IMG/VR virus record: IMGVR_UViG_3300032245_001860
Location: 124,001 to 188,000 of that record
Reading direction: 5' to 3' (one strand)
DNA length: 64,000 nt
In this document: positions 46,553-58,100 of the stretch, piece after piece
Numbering within the stretch: position 1 is the first letter of the stretch
Layout: every line of letters begins with the position of its first letter
The notes under the pieces: generated by a model
Seen by the model: the letters and a program-made list of their open reading frames with translations, nothing else
Database searches by the model: none
Told to the model about the DNA's origin: nothing
Program-made: the position numbers and the translations under genes

Positions 46553-47509
46553 ATGGAAGATAAAAGCATCAGTTTTTTGAGATATGTAAAAGTAGCTCAA
46601 GAATCAGATGCTTTTTTTGAGTCTGAGCAATTTTGTCCATTTATTCAAGTTCAACTATCTACTTCTCACTCAACTATTCCATTAGAAGCAAATTTCTATA
46701 CTGCTGGAAATACAAATAATCCTGAAGACTATACTTTGCCAGATATTAGTGATACAGTTTCTCCTAAAAAACTTATCAGATTGAATGCTTTCAATTCTAA
46801 TTTGAATGACAAGATTACAACTTATGAATTTGAAAATGATAAAGAAGTTGTTCAAGAAGAAATATTTGAACCTTTTGTAAATGAAGAAGCCAAGAGACTT
46901 TTAGCTTTTATGAGAAATAGACCAAAGCAAAAGTCTAAAAACATTAACACACATTTATCATTGGGCTCTTCAAATTATAGTGAACATATTTTTGAAATTA
47001 GGTCCAGGAATTTTGAAGAGAAAAAAAGTGAATTTTCTTATGAAGAAAATGAAACTGTTACATTAAGCAATGGCACAAAAGTTACTTCAAGATCTAAAAA
47101 ACCAACAGTAAATAAAGTCGATAATGTTACTAATGTAAATAACACTCAAGAAATAAATAATAAAATTGAAAATCAAAGGATAGAATATAAGTCTAACAAT
47201 ATTAGCTATGACTTATATAATCAAAGTTTTCCAACAAATATAGATTTTACTAACAATTTTAATACAACTAATATAGTTCAAGATATAAAAACAGAAATTA
47301 TTCAAGAAGTGAATTCAAGTATAACAAAGCTTGAGAATACTTTTGTTAATCAATCAGTCACAAGAAATGAAATAACACAAGTTGAGAATAATATAATCAA
47401 AGTTATTGAAGAAAAAATAGTTGAAAGAGATTCAAGATTATTAGAAAAAATTGAAGAAAAAACAAAGAAGGATTTGAAATCTTTTAGTAGAGATTTTCTA
47501 AACAGCTAA
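46553..47509 (+). CDS. Hypothetical protein, N/E/I-rich C-terminus
   Basis: 318 aa; TATAAT 7 nt upstream of the ATG. Confidence 0.6.
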   Translation: MEDKSISFLRYVKVAQESDAFFESEQFCPFIQVQLSTSHSTIPLEANFYTAGNTNNPEDYTLPDISDTVSPKKLIRLNAFNSNLNDKITTYEFENDKEVVQEEIFEPFVNEEAKRLLAFMRNRPKQKSKNINTHLSLGSSNYSEHIFEIRSRNFEEKKSEFSYEENETVTLSNGTKVTSRSKKPTVNKVDNVTNVNNTQEINNKIENQRIEYKSNNISYDLYNQSFPTNIDFTNNFNTTNIVQDIKTEIIQEVNSSITKLENTFVNQSVTRNEITQVENNIIKVIEEKIVERDSRLLEKIEEKTKKDLKSFSRDFLNS

Positions 47510-47510
47510 A

Positions 47511-50500
47511 ATGCCAAAGAACTTACTTAATGATAGAGATATTGATGAATTTTATGTCAATATACAACCTTCACAACTTCAATTTCATTATGTTGATTAT
47601 CACTATACAACAAGAATAGGTGCAGCATATACAAGACCAGCTTATATCCCTGCAGGTTTGGCTCCAAGTTATGTTTTGCCTACTACAATTGATTGTATTG
47701 GACACTGGAATAATGCTGGATTCCAAAGTAGTGTTTATGTTGTAAAAACTGAACTTACATCTACAGCTCTATTGACACAATATTTGGGATATGTACCTTT
47801 CAATAATCACACAGTAGCCATGTATGATTATTTCATGACTGTTCAACTTAATACAGGATTTGGCGCTGCAACAAATAGAGTTTACACTTTACCGCTTCAT
47901 AGAGGATTTTCAGCTCACCAAAGAACAGTTGGAGCAGCTCAGGTATGGGTTGGTGATTATTTAACTACAGTAGCTGCTCCAGCTCCAGGTGTATATGAAA
48001 AAGTTATATCTTTAGGGATTGAATTTATATATAGAGCAGTTAGAACAGACAATATTTATTCTGATACAAAATATGTAACAGTTGATAATACTCAAATTCC
48101 TCCGAAAAAATATTTAGATATTTATGAATCAATAAATCCTCCTGTTTTATTGTCTTTCACAGTAAATGTTGTAAGTGGTAATGCCACTAATACATTTGGA
48201 ACTATCAATTTCATAGGATCAATTGCACAGTTACCTCCAAATTTTGTTGTTCAAGGTCTTATAAACTTTAGCAGAGTGACAGGGAGACACTCTATAGGAT
48301 TTACATATACAGGGCCAGCTACACAAATAGATAGAGCTACATACACTCTTGGATTCAGATTCAGATTTACTGGTGAAGATTTTAGAGCATACAACACTGC
48401 TTTAGCTCTTTGGAACTATGATACAAGAACAACAGGATGGGATTATTCGAATGGAGGTAGGTCTTTAAGAGGCTTACTCAATCTTAATAATGCTGGGTTT
48501 GACAACTTCTTACTTCAAAATAAAAGCACTTTAAGAAGTGCATTTGTTTCTGCAAATACAGCTACAACAATAAGTTTTGCGAGAACATCAGTATCAGCAA
48601 CAGATAATAGATCTTTGCCTTTTATAGACTTCAATATAACAGGAAGATTTTCAAGAGGATACGCTGAATTAACAGATGCAACTGGTCTTGCTGGAATGAA
48701 TTTAACATTTCCAAAAATAGTTAGAGTAATTCCGCAACTCAAAATTTTTGACAAAGATCATATTTACACAAATGATAATATTTATTATGCAATAAAGTCT
48801 CCACAAGGAAATACAAATCTTGATCAAGTGCCTTCTTTGTGGAATGCGTCTCAAACATTATCTTTTACTAATTTTGACTCAAGAGCTTTTGTAACTCAAG
48901 CTACAAGATCTTTAGCAAACTATCTTGCAGCTGGTACTTCTGTTCAAGTATTTAATAAAGCCACTCAAAATAATTACTTAGGTAAACAGCTTTTAACAAT
49001 AGATCTTGACGCTCGTGTGGGTGGAGCAAAGTTAGGAGCAGCATTAAACACAAGAGATTCTAATACTGATGCAGCAGTATACATGAGGGGACAGATGATC
49101 CCAGCAATGACTTACAATAGAAGAACAGCTCTTGACTTGACATCAATTTTCAATGTTGTAAATTTACTTAACAAGCCAACTAATAGCATAACAGGCATTT
49201 ACTTAAATGCATATCGTTATCTTAGATTTACTGTAAATGCAGCTCCAGGGCTTGTAAATCTTACTCATCCATACAGACTGACAATTTGGGAATCTGCAGC
49301 AGATAAAATTATTGAAAAATATTGGAATGGAACAATCACTTTTCCAGGTAGAACTTCTGTCACAGTTACCATTGATTTACTGTTTCCAAATTATCCAGGT
49401 TTAGAGATAGATACTCAAGATGATCCATATCCAAGATCCAGAAATATTATTGACGCAAATGAAAAAGTCAATAATGTTTATTATGGGTGCAATAGAGTAC
49501 TAAGAATAGACTTAAATTCTAATGGTAATGTTTTTGATCCTAATGCTTTTAGTTGTCAGGCTTTGATAATACCTACAGCAACAAATGCAGATATTTTAAA
49601 TTTCATTCCTTCATCTGGTACAGACATAAATCTCAAAGAAATAGAAGTTCCGACTATTTTAAATAATGTAACAACTTCAACTTATGGAAGAAGATTTTTA
49701 TTGATGAGGCATGACAATAAACCTGAAGAAGAGACTGACATTGTTTACAATTCTGTTGGTGGTGTTTTAACAAAGAATAACCTTACAGTTTTAGATTTTG
49801 TAAATAGACTCAACTCATTGCATAATGGACTGAATTGCACTTCACTCAATAACACGTTACCAGCTGTGAATTTACAAGGTTTTCATTGGAATATTAGCTC
49901 TACTGCAATAAAAGACAATACTTCAATAACAGTAGGTTATAACACCACTGCGACCATAAATGCTTCTGAAATTTATCAAGGTGTATATTTAGATTTTCCA
50001 CCTTTTATTCAAGATTTTAACAATCATGCAATAGCTGACACTTGGTTAAACCAAGTCAATCCTTTGAGAAGATTAGAAACTGATACTGTCCATATGGAAA
50101 TTAGAGCTTATTGCAATCTAAGAGGCTATGCTTATGGTTCCGAAAGTGATGCAAATAACCTTCCTTTGACTGGTGCAAATAAATTGTCTAATGGAGAAGT
50201 TGTTGTTTCTGGAGGAGGAGTTGATAAATCTTCTACTTCTATAACTGCAAGTTCTGGAACTATACTAAATGGATTTTATACTACAGGCAGACCTCATGTT
50301 TATCCACCCTACGATTATTTGACTGCTCAAAATAATTCAGTTTCAATTAGAATAGGAGCTGCACAAGTTGGCAATTTTTCTACTTTCGCTAAATTTTTGC
50401 CAGCAAAAGCTACAAGAGTTTCATTTGGTTTTGTTCAACCATATATAACAAATCCTTATATATCTTTGGCATCAGGATATAATTATGTTTCAGCTAATGA

Positions 50501-51677
50501 AATATTAACAAAAAATCAAATAGCTGTATGTCTTGGTCAAACTTACAATTCTTTATCGCCATATATTGCTCCAAGCTCTGCCACTGCTGCAAGATTAAAT
50601 GCTGATGGTCTTTTAAGAATATTATTAATAAATTCTTATGATAATCAATCTTATGATTTAGTTCCCATTTCGAATTCTGCTTCTTTAATAAAAAATGGAT
50701 TCAACCCTAACTTAATAATAAAAAATACAAGCAATGATTTGACAAGCAATTTATTTACTGAGTCTTACTACAATGGAAATGTTTCAAACTCTATAGCTTT
50801 CAATAATCCATCTTTACTTGACGAAAACTCTTGGTATTATTATGATGACCCTCAGTATATTATGTCAAAATGCTTTGCTTTTACTGACAACAATAGTTAT
50901 TCATCATCTCCTTATCACAATGATTTATATTGTTTAGGTACATTAAGAAATACACTATTTTTGCAAAAAACATCATTTGATAGAATATTACAAATTAGTT
51001 CAGCAGCACAATATAATCAAACCCCTAATGTTCCTGAACAAGTTTATTTAATAGATGGTGCTAACTATACTGGGACCGAATTTACTGGAGTAATAACTTC
51101 TAATACTAATTCTGGAATTGTAAACAAGCCTGGATCTCTTGTTCAAATTGATGACAACATATTGTTAGCATTTTATAATCTATCAGCTGACTTAACAAAT
51201 ATTTATTGTAGGTTGATTGAATATGGAGTTACTTCAGCAAGAATAACTTTAGTAAATTCTGCAACTGTTTCTTCAAATATCTTGACTGCACTTTCAAATG
51301 TATCGGCTATTTTTGATCCAGTTTTCAATGTTGTAAGGTTTGTGTTTATGACATCTTTGACAGTGGCTGGAACAAATTATAATAATATAGTTTATTCTGA
51401 AGCTCCCTATGTTGAAGGAACAATTTCTGCACCAACTACATTCCATCATATAGCTGGAAATTTTACAAATGGTCAATTTATAGCAAATAATGTTTTTTAT
51501 ACGGCTACAAACAATGATAATCAAGTTTTGCCTTATCAAAAACCTGGCATAGTTGTTTACAATAATTCTGACCAAAAAGGGCAAGTTGGAATATTTTATG
51601 TAAATAACAGTGGGGCTTTATGCTCAACAAGTATTATTCCCTTTGTAAGCACTGATCCAAAAATAGAGTACAAATAA
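47511..51677 (+). CDS. Large virion structural protein (baseplate/tail)
   Basis: 1388 aa, beta-rich, N/T/S-rich; propeller-like C-terminus. Confidence 0.55.
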   Translation: MPKNLLNDRDIDEFYVNIQPSQLQFHYVDYHYTTRIGAAYTRPAYIPAGLAPSYVLPTTIDCIGHWNNAGFQSSVYVVKTELTSTALLTQYLGYVPFNNHTVAMYDYFMTVQLNTGFGAATNRVYTLPLHRGFSAHQRTVGAAQVWVGDYLTTVAAPAPGVYEKVISLGIEFIYRAVRTDNIYSDTKYVTVDNTQIPPKKYLDIYESINPPVLLSFTVNVVSGNATNTFGTINFIGSIAQLPPNFVVQGLINFSRVTGRHSIGFTYTGPATQIDRATYTLGFRFRFTGEDFRAYNTALALWNYDTRTTGWDYSNGGRSLRGLLNLNNAGFDNFLLQNKSTLRSAFVSANTATTISFARTSVSATDNRSLPFIDFNITGRFSRGYAELTDATGLAGMNLTFPKIVRVIPQLKIFDKDHIYTNDNIYYAIKSPQGNTNLDQVPSLWNASQTLSFTNFDSRAFVTQATRSLANYLAAGTSVQVFNKATQNNYLGKQLLTIDLDARVGGAKLGAALNTRDSNTDAAVYMRGQMIPAMTYNRRTALDLTSIFNVVNLLNKPTNSITGIYLNAYRYLRFTVNAAPGLVNLTHPYRLTIWESAADKIIEKYWNGTITFPGRTSVTVTIDLLFPNYPGLEIDTQDDPYPRSRNIIDANEKVNNVYYGCNRVLRIDLNSNGNVFDPNAFSCQALIIPTATNADILNFIPSSGTDINLKEIEVPTILNNVTTSTYGRRFLLMRHDNKPEEETDIVYNSVGGVLTKNNLTVLDFVNRLNSLHNGLNCTSLNNTLPAVNLQGFHWNISSTAIKDNTSITVGYNTTATINASEIYQGVYLDFPPFIQDFNNHAIADTWLNQVNPLRRLETDTVHMEIRAYCNLRGYAYGSESDANNLPLTGANKLSNGEVVVSGGGVDKSSTSITASSGTILNGFYTTGRPHVYPPYDYLTAQNNSVSIRIGAAQVGNFSTFAKFLPAKATRVSFGFVQPYITNPYISLASGYNYVSANEILTKNQIAVCLGQTYNSLSPYIAPSSATAARLNADGLLRILLINSYDNQSYDLVPISNSASLIKNGFNPNLIIKNTSNDLTSNLFTESYYNGNVSNSIAFNNPSLLDENSWYYYDDPQYIMSKCFAFTDNNSYSSSPYHNDLYCLGTLRNTLFLQKTSFDRILQISSAAQYNQTPNVPEQVYLIDGANYTGTEFTGVITSNTNSGIVNKPGSLVQIDDNILLAFYNLSADLTNIYCRLIEYGVTSARITLVNSATVSSNILTALSNVSAIFDPVFNVVRFVFMTSLTVAGTNYNNIVYSEAPYVEGTISAPTTFHHIAGNFTNGQFIANNVFYTATNNDNQVLPYQKPGIVVYNNSDQKGQVGIFYVNNSGALCSTSIIPFVSTDPKIEYK

Positions 51678-54600
51678 TGTCAATTTCCATTCCTGACGAT
51701 AGAGAACTAAAAGTTAGTGTCAAACTTTCTGCAATATATATGCCAGAAGTTGGTCAAGCTAATGGATATTACTCAGTGTTTAATTTTGCTCCAGATCCAC
51801 AAAATCTAAGGCCTATAAATTACGATAATAAAAATAACAACCCTAAAATAGTTTTCAATTCAGGTGGAACTCAAGGTACTCCAACAACTGAATATGAAGT
51901 TTCTAAACTTGGTTCAAGAGTAAGGTCAGTACCCTCATTGCAAAATGCTCATATTGTAGAACCAATGACTCATCCAACTTCTTCATCTTGTACCTTTGCT
52001 TTTGGTGGAATTATTCCGGCTACAGATCACCCAATTTTCAATATGCTGAAGGGCCCAACAGCAGCGGAGTTTACAGCTTTTCCAGGCTACAACCCTACAA
52101 GAGTTTCCACTGTTGCAAATTTATCAATTCCTAATTTGTCATATAATTTTAGTGATTTAGATAATTTTAATCCATTGATACCATTCGTTAAAGAGTATGG
52201 TTCTACAGCTTTTGGCAGGGTAGTAATACCTCCTGGTGGTTTAACATTATCAATTCCGGCTCCAGGAGGAGGAGTAAACTTTTCTCACCAATTGATGGCA
52301 AAAAATCTCAATGCCACAGGATCATTTACAACTTATAATATTTGGAATTTAGTCAATACTGCTGAAGTGCCATTATCCACTCAAGTAAATGAATATGAAG
52401 GTCCTGTAGGCGCTTCTGTATCTGGTAAAAACAATGCTTCAATAAAAACAATTAGAGATGGAATAAACGGCTCAAGACTTTTTATTGACTCTAAGGGCAA
52501 AGGAAAATCTTGTATTGTAAAAAGAATTTTTCCAACTTCTAAAGATGTTGTTTTTCAGAATCCATATATATTTTTTCCAACCAAAATAGCAGTAACATCA
52601 ACGCGTGGAAATTACGAAGAGAATGTTTTAAATGGAGAACAAATCACTGCAGTTTCTGGAATAAATAATGGCTTTCATATTCAGCTATCCAATCTAAATG
52701 CATCAGCTTCAGATTCCAATATTAGTGTCATTTATGATGACAGAAATCCAAAAGACAATACTGCATACAGCTTAACAATAAATTTAGCTCCAAATACTAT
52801 TCCTCAAATAATTTTAAAATATAAAAAGAATGGCGTGGACTTGTTTTACCAGTACACACAAATTAAGGCTCCATTATTTGACGGAAAAGCAACTTTGGGT
52901 TATGACATATTTGTGCATTTTGTTGGTACTGTCATTTTAGTTGGTTTTTCTCCTGACCAATCAACTTGGAACTCTATATACCCAGAAGAACTTACATTTC
53001 AGACTGCAAATCCAGCTAACACTGTTATAGACAGTAAAGCTCATATTGAACCATATTTCGGAAAAGATACTTCTTATGTAAAAATACTTGCAAAAAATGC
53101 AAGTTTTGAAATGAGATATTCTTCAATTTTGTTCAATAATTATTCAAAGCCATCTTTGACTGATATTATAAACTATGAATCACCAAGCACTGGTTTTATA
53201 ACAAATACTCTTATTTCAACAGATCCTAATTTATTTCCAACTAATACTACTAATAAATTATTAAATACTAAAAATCATATCTTGATGACATTTACATCTC
53301 CATCAGATAAAAACACATTAATTTCACCAGGAAACATTGAAGATACCTTTCATAATGCAAAATATTACGGATTGTATGGTTCAAGATATTCTACAATTCC
53401 TGATAAAACAATTTCTGCAATGCCTGACTGGAGAACTTTTCTTCCATCTCTTTCCACAACAAATCCTACTGATTTTATTTTTAAGAAAATAGCTTCTTCT
53501 TTCGACAATCAAGGCAGAGAAACAAACAAGCCATTTATAGACAGAAAACAATCTCAATTATGGGGAAATTTGTTTTTTAATGGCACTATAGAGGGTCCAG
53601 CATTTTTAAGTTTGGAATCACCAGCTCAAAATACTTTTCAGCAAGTTGATTTTCTTACAGACATAGTAAAAGGTGAACTTACTCCTTGGGTTTCATCTAT
53701 AAGTGTTTCTTGTTCTTGTGATGAACCTAATTTTTCTTTAGTCAAGAAAACAGCATCTATAAGTTTGACTAATTTAGATACAACACCTGAAGGTCTTAGA
53801 ATATTAGAACTTATTGAGAAAAATGTTTTAGTTGTGACTGTTACTGCTGGTTACGGAAAACTTGGATCAGAACATACTTATTTTCAAGGTGCTATCACAA
53901 ATGTCAATACCACAAGAACTGGAAGTAATAGCAGTATGTCTTTGGATTGTCTTGATTTAGGCAATTACATTATTGACAATTTGTATTTTGATTATATTGT
54001 TCCTTTTGGTAACAGATCTATAAAAACATGTATTCAAGCAATAATGAATTTTTCTGGTTTTTCAAAATACTATTCGCTTAGAAATGATCAACCGACAACC
54101 ATAGGTGGTGTTCAAGTTGGTGGTATAGGAGGTTTGAATCTAAGAATAGTAAACAATCCAGCTGCAGCTCCTGATGCAATAAGAGCTACAAACCTTGATA
54201 AAATTGGAGATAAGCTAAAAGTATTTTTGACTAAATTATTTGAACTTGAAAAACTTCCTACATTTAGATGGGATGAAAGATCTGGTTTTGTTCTTGATGC
54301 AAGATATGCAGTAACAAACTTAGACACTGACTTAAAGTTTTTTGGTTATGATTTAGATACAAAACAAACTTACAACTTAAGAACTACAGGTCCGAATAGT
54401 AATAATGTAAATATCAGTATTCCAGATTGGCATGGATTATTGAGTGGTTCTTTTAATGTAAATACTAATGTCAATCCATTGTCATATCATGTATCAACTT
54501 ACGGTTTTACATTATTTGGTCTGGAAGAATATCATACTCAAGATAAAGAGCATGACATAAAAATGTCACAAGTTGCATTTAATAATATTGTAAATTCCAT

Positions 54601-54967
54601 TGTCAACACTGGTCTTCCAGTTCCTGGCAAGTATGTTGGTTTCAGAAAAAAAGTTATTGATAGTCTTGATAAAAATGAATTGCCGACAAAAGACCTTGTA
54701 GCACTAAAACATCAACAAAATGAGTTCATAACAAGTAACCCAATACATAGTTTGTCGTTCAACTGTTATGTCACGAGACCATTAACTTTCCATGGATGCT
54801 TTACTATCACGGCAATCGATGGAAATGATGTTACCGATGTTACAAGTAAATATATCTATCAGTCAGTAAATTACACTATTGATAAATCTCAAAACTTAAT
54901 TACTGCTCAAGTACAAGGTTATGCTCATCCTTGGTCTATTAGAGATTTACAAGTTAATGGAGAGTAA
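51677..54967 (+). CDS. Baseplate hub-like protein
   Basis: C-terminal VSSISVSCS..TASISL..VTVTAGYG..YFQGAITNV..SLDCLDL and final YIYQSVNYTID, typical of gp27/gpD-type hubs. Confidence 0.5.
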   Translation: MSISIPDDRELKVSVKLSAIYMPEVGQANGYYSVFNFAPDPQNLRPINYDNKNNNPKIVFNSGGTQGTPTTEYEVSKLGSRVRSVPSLQNAHIVEPMTHPTSSSCTFAFGGIIPATDHPIFNMLKGPTAAEFTAFPGYNPTRVSTVANLSIPNLSYNFSDLDNFNPLIPFVKEYGSTAFGRVVIPPGGLTLSIPAPGGGVNFSHQLMAKNLNATGSFTTYNIWNLVNTAEVPLSTQVNEYEGPVGASVSGKNNASIKTIRDGINGSRLFIDSKGKGKSCIVKRIFPTSKDVVFQNPYIFFPTKIAVTSTRGNYEENVLNGEQITAVSGINNGFHIQLSNLNASASDSNISVIYDDRNPKDNTAYSLTINLAPNTIPQIILKYKKNGVDLFYQYTQIKAPLFDGKATLGYDIFVHFVGTVILVGFSPDQSTWNSIYPEELTFQTANPANTVIDSKAHIEPYFGKDTSYVKILAKNASFEMRYSSILFNNYSKPSLTDIINYESPSTGFITNTLISTDPNLFPTNTTNKLLNTKNHILMTFTSPSDKNTLISPGNIEDTFHNAKYYGLYGSRYSTIPDKTISAMPDWRTFLPSLSTTNPTDFIFKKIASSFDNQGRETNKPFIDRKQSQLWGNLFFNGTIEGPAFLSLESPAQNTFQQVDFLTDIVKGELTPWVSSISVSCSCDEPNFSLVKKTASISLTNLDTTPEGLRILELIEKNVLVVTVTAGYGKLGSEHTYFQGAITNVNTTRTGSNSSMSLDCLDLGNYIIDNLYFDYIVPFGNRSIKTCIQAIMNFSGFSKYYSLRNDQPTTIGGVQVGGIGGLNLRIVNNPAAAPDAIRATNLDKIGDKLKVFLTKLFELEKLPTFRWDERSGFVLDARYAVTNLDTDLKFFGYDLDTKQTYNLRTTGPNSNNVNISIPDWHGLLSGSFNVNTNVNPLSYHVSTYGFTLFGLEEYHTQDKEHDIKMSQVAFNNIVNSIVNTGLPVPGKYVGFRKKVIDSLDKNELPTKDLVALKHQQNEFITSNPIHSLSFNCYVTRPLTFHGCFTITAIDGNDVTDVTSKYIYQSVNYTIDKSQNLITAQVQGYAHPWSIRDLQVNGE

Positions 54968-54971
54968 CTAA

Positions 54972-55190
54972 ATGGCATTCAAAAGTCTTTCAGCAGCGAT
55001 TAATTCTCGTATAGTTCAAGCTCAGAGCAATATGATGGCATCTGTCAAATTAAGTTCAGCAACAATGAACAACATGGGTGTTGTCAAAGCTAATGAAGGC
55101 ATACTTTCTGAGGATCAAAATGTTTTAACCTGGGGAAATTCAACCTGGGGAGTGGAAAAAGTTACATCTTTTTATAAGCCGAAAAGTTAG
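54972..55190 (+). CDS. Small hypothetical protein
   Basis: 72 aa, coupled to its neighbours. Confidence 0.55.
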   Translation: MAFKSLSAAINSRIVQAQSNMMASVKLSSATMNNMGVVKANEGILSEDQNVLTWGNSTWGVEKVTSFYKPKS

Positions 55191-55195
55191 AATTA

Positions 55196-58100
55196 ATGGG
55201 AAATACACCTTTTTATAATTTAGGATATCTGGAACCAAGCCAAGATTTATCAAAAAATTTAGATCTCGATGAAAAAAGATTTAAGACAATTGATACTCAA
55301 CTTTATGCTGTCTATCAAATTTTCAGAAATGGCATCATAGAAGATTCCAATAATAATGTTTCTTGGCAAGTTGAAACATATGCAGATACAAATAAATTTT
55401 TAAAGGTTTCTGTTACATCTGGAAAAGGACATGTTGCTTATAAAGCTGCCGAAACAACAGCTTCAAAAGATGTAACTTTGCCTGTTATTCCTCTTGATGC
55501 AACAGAGGTCAAAATTTGGATTTATGCAGTTGAAAATCTAAATACTCCAGTTACAAAAGATGTTGATTTTATTGCATCTTTGCTTAGAATAGATGACATA
55601 GACAATTATGTCAACGTTGGTGGTGTTGTTGTAAATGTATCAGCAAACACAATATCTGTATTTACTGACGAAAGACAAATTATCACAATATTCAGTTCAT
55701 TGTCTTCTTCTTTGACAAATCATAAGCATATTGGTGGTTCTGTAAACCCAGCGCCTATTAATTTACAAGACCATGTGATTAATAAATTATCTGGTGAATA
55801 TATAGATAATTTGAATCTTGATAAAGTTACCACTGGAAAACTTGACGCTGCAAGATTACCTCAAATTGATCACAATACTTTGACAAATAAAGGAACTCTT
55901 ACACATACTCAGATTGATTCATTACTCACTCAGTATTTAGAACAAGATAGTACTTACAAGCTTGCTGATTTATCAATAGCTAATAGATTGCAAACATTGG
56001 TAGCCTTGAAAAAACAATCAGGATTTGAGTATATTGATAAAACTCAAATAAATACTATTGTATATGTGCCTGGAATTTGGCCCAATACTCTTGCAAATAC
56101 ATCTACAGGGACAACATCTAACTTTAGTGATAGAAATGTGCCAGGAGCCTTAATTGGAGCCACAATTTTAGATTCTGCTCCATGGTCAAGTGGTTTAGGG
56201 ATAAGTGGTTCTACTTCTGATTCAGTTTTTTCAGATGTAAGAACTTATGCAACAAGAAGAGATTTTGAGACAGCTAAAACTTATAACCAAGATCAAAGCA
56301 TTGGATTTTTTGAAAACATTACAATTGTTGGTGATAATCTTGATGATTCAGCTGGTTATTTCACCATATCTAATCCATTAAACTTTAGTGCAATAGAACA
56401 ACCAGTTACAAATATTTTCAACGAAGCAAGTGGTTGGAATAGGGCAATCAACACTACATCTAATTATTCTGGTGGAACAGTTAGCGTTGATACAAGATTG
56501 TATTCTTACAAGCTATTTGACAACCCAATTCCAATGAATGAAGTAAGTAAAGTTGGTATTGGTTTTTCTGTTGGTTTAGGCACAACTTCATCAAAAATTG
56601 GACAGATATATATGTATCTTGTTCTTGGTTCTGATGATAATGATCCACAATTTGCTAATGACATTGCTGTAACTTTTGATAGTGGCCAATATTTTCCAAC
56701 AACAGGTCCTTCAAAACTTTATCTTTCTTCTACAGATGGATCAGAAATTGGATATAAAATATTTGATGACTCCACAGATTCTGCAAGCATTGGTTCAAGT
56801 GTATACAAAATTGTATCTCTTGAAAATTTATGGCCAGCTCAAAATAGAACTTCCGTTAAGGGACTTGGTTTTTATTGGTCTTCCTTAAAAGGTTGGAATC
56901 CAGAAAAGTCTATTAATTTTTACTTGAACACTCCAAGTGACGATCAAGTAAATCCCTACCCTTACAATTATGATACTTTGCAAACAGCGAGAAAATCATC
57001 AGCTACAAACAGCACAGCATCTATGTTCTTATGGAATGATTCTTTGTATGCTGGGACAGGAAAGTTTTTATTTAGATTTGATTCTGGATTAAACAATACA
57101 ATTTATAACTTAGTACAATGGACATCCTCAAAGCCATCTGGAACTACTTATTCTTTGACAACCAGAACAGATATCAATAATACTGTTTTTGATGATCTTG
57201 CAAATATAGATGATTCAACAGAACTTGCTTATGGATACTTGGCATCTACTTCCAGCCAAGGTAGATATTTAGATGTTTTAGTGACATTAAATTCCGATTC
57301 TACTAAAGCTTATGCCCCAGAGTTTGATTTATTAAAGATTTATTATTCAACTGTAGGAACTGGCAATACTAAAACATATAATGCAAGATTCTCTAATTTC
57401 TCAACAGCTCAAACTGGCTGGGAAACTGAACAATATTATGCTAAAAATATTGGATTTGGAAGTACATATTTTGAAGACAATAGATTGAAAAACACAATGA
57501 AAATCTCTTCTACCAATTCTATTGGTAACTGGATTTTCTTGCGTAACAATTCGGCTATATCTGCATACACCTCACAAACTGAAGTAATTTATGAGGACGG
57601 TATAGACATTGCAAATTTGTCAACTTATCTTTCTCCAGTTCAAATTTACAATAAATCATTAGACAGAGGGTTTAGTAGTCCTAAAGATTTCCAAGCTTTA
57701 GCTAACGGTTCAAATTTATATAGTGACACTCTTAATGACAGAGTTGTAATGTTTGATCTTGATGGAAATATCACAAGAATTATTCAAGGCAATTTGAGAC
57801 TAAAGCAATCTAATAGAGATTTTGTCGTTTTAGGTGCTTATTTTAATCCAACCATAAGAAAAATATGGGTTGCATTTTCTCAAAATATTTCAACTACAAC
57901 TCCATTTGACCCAACCAAAATTTACATTGACTATGACAGTATTTCAGTAAGGTTAGATGATACAAGAATAGATCAAAACAATACAGGTTTATTTGATTTA
58001 GTTTCTAATACATCATCTACATTAGAAATCACATTTAAGAATAATGATTTAGGCATAGCTTTGTCTGCAGCAATCAGTTCAGCAAGAATTAAAAGAATTA

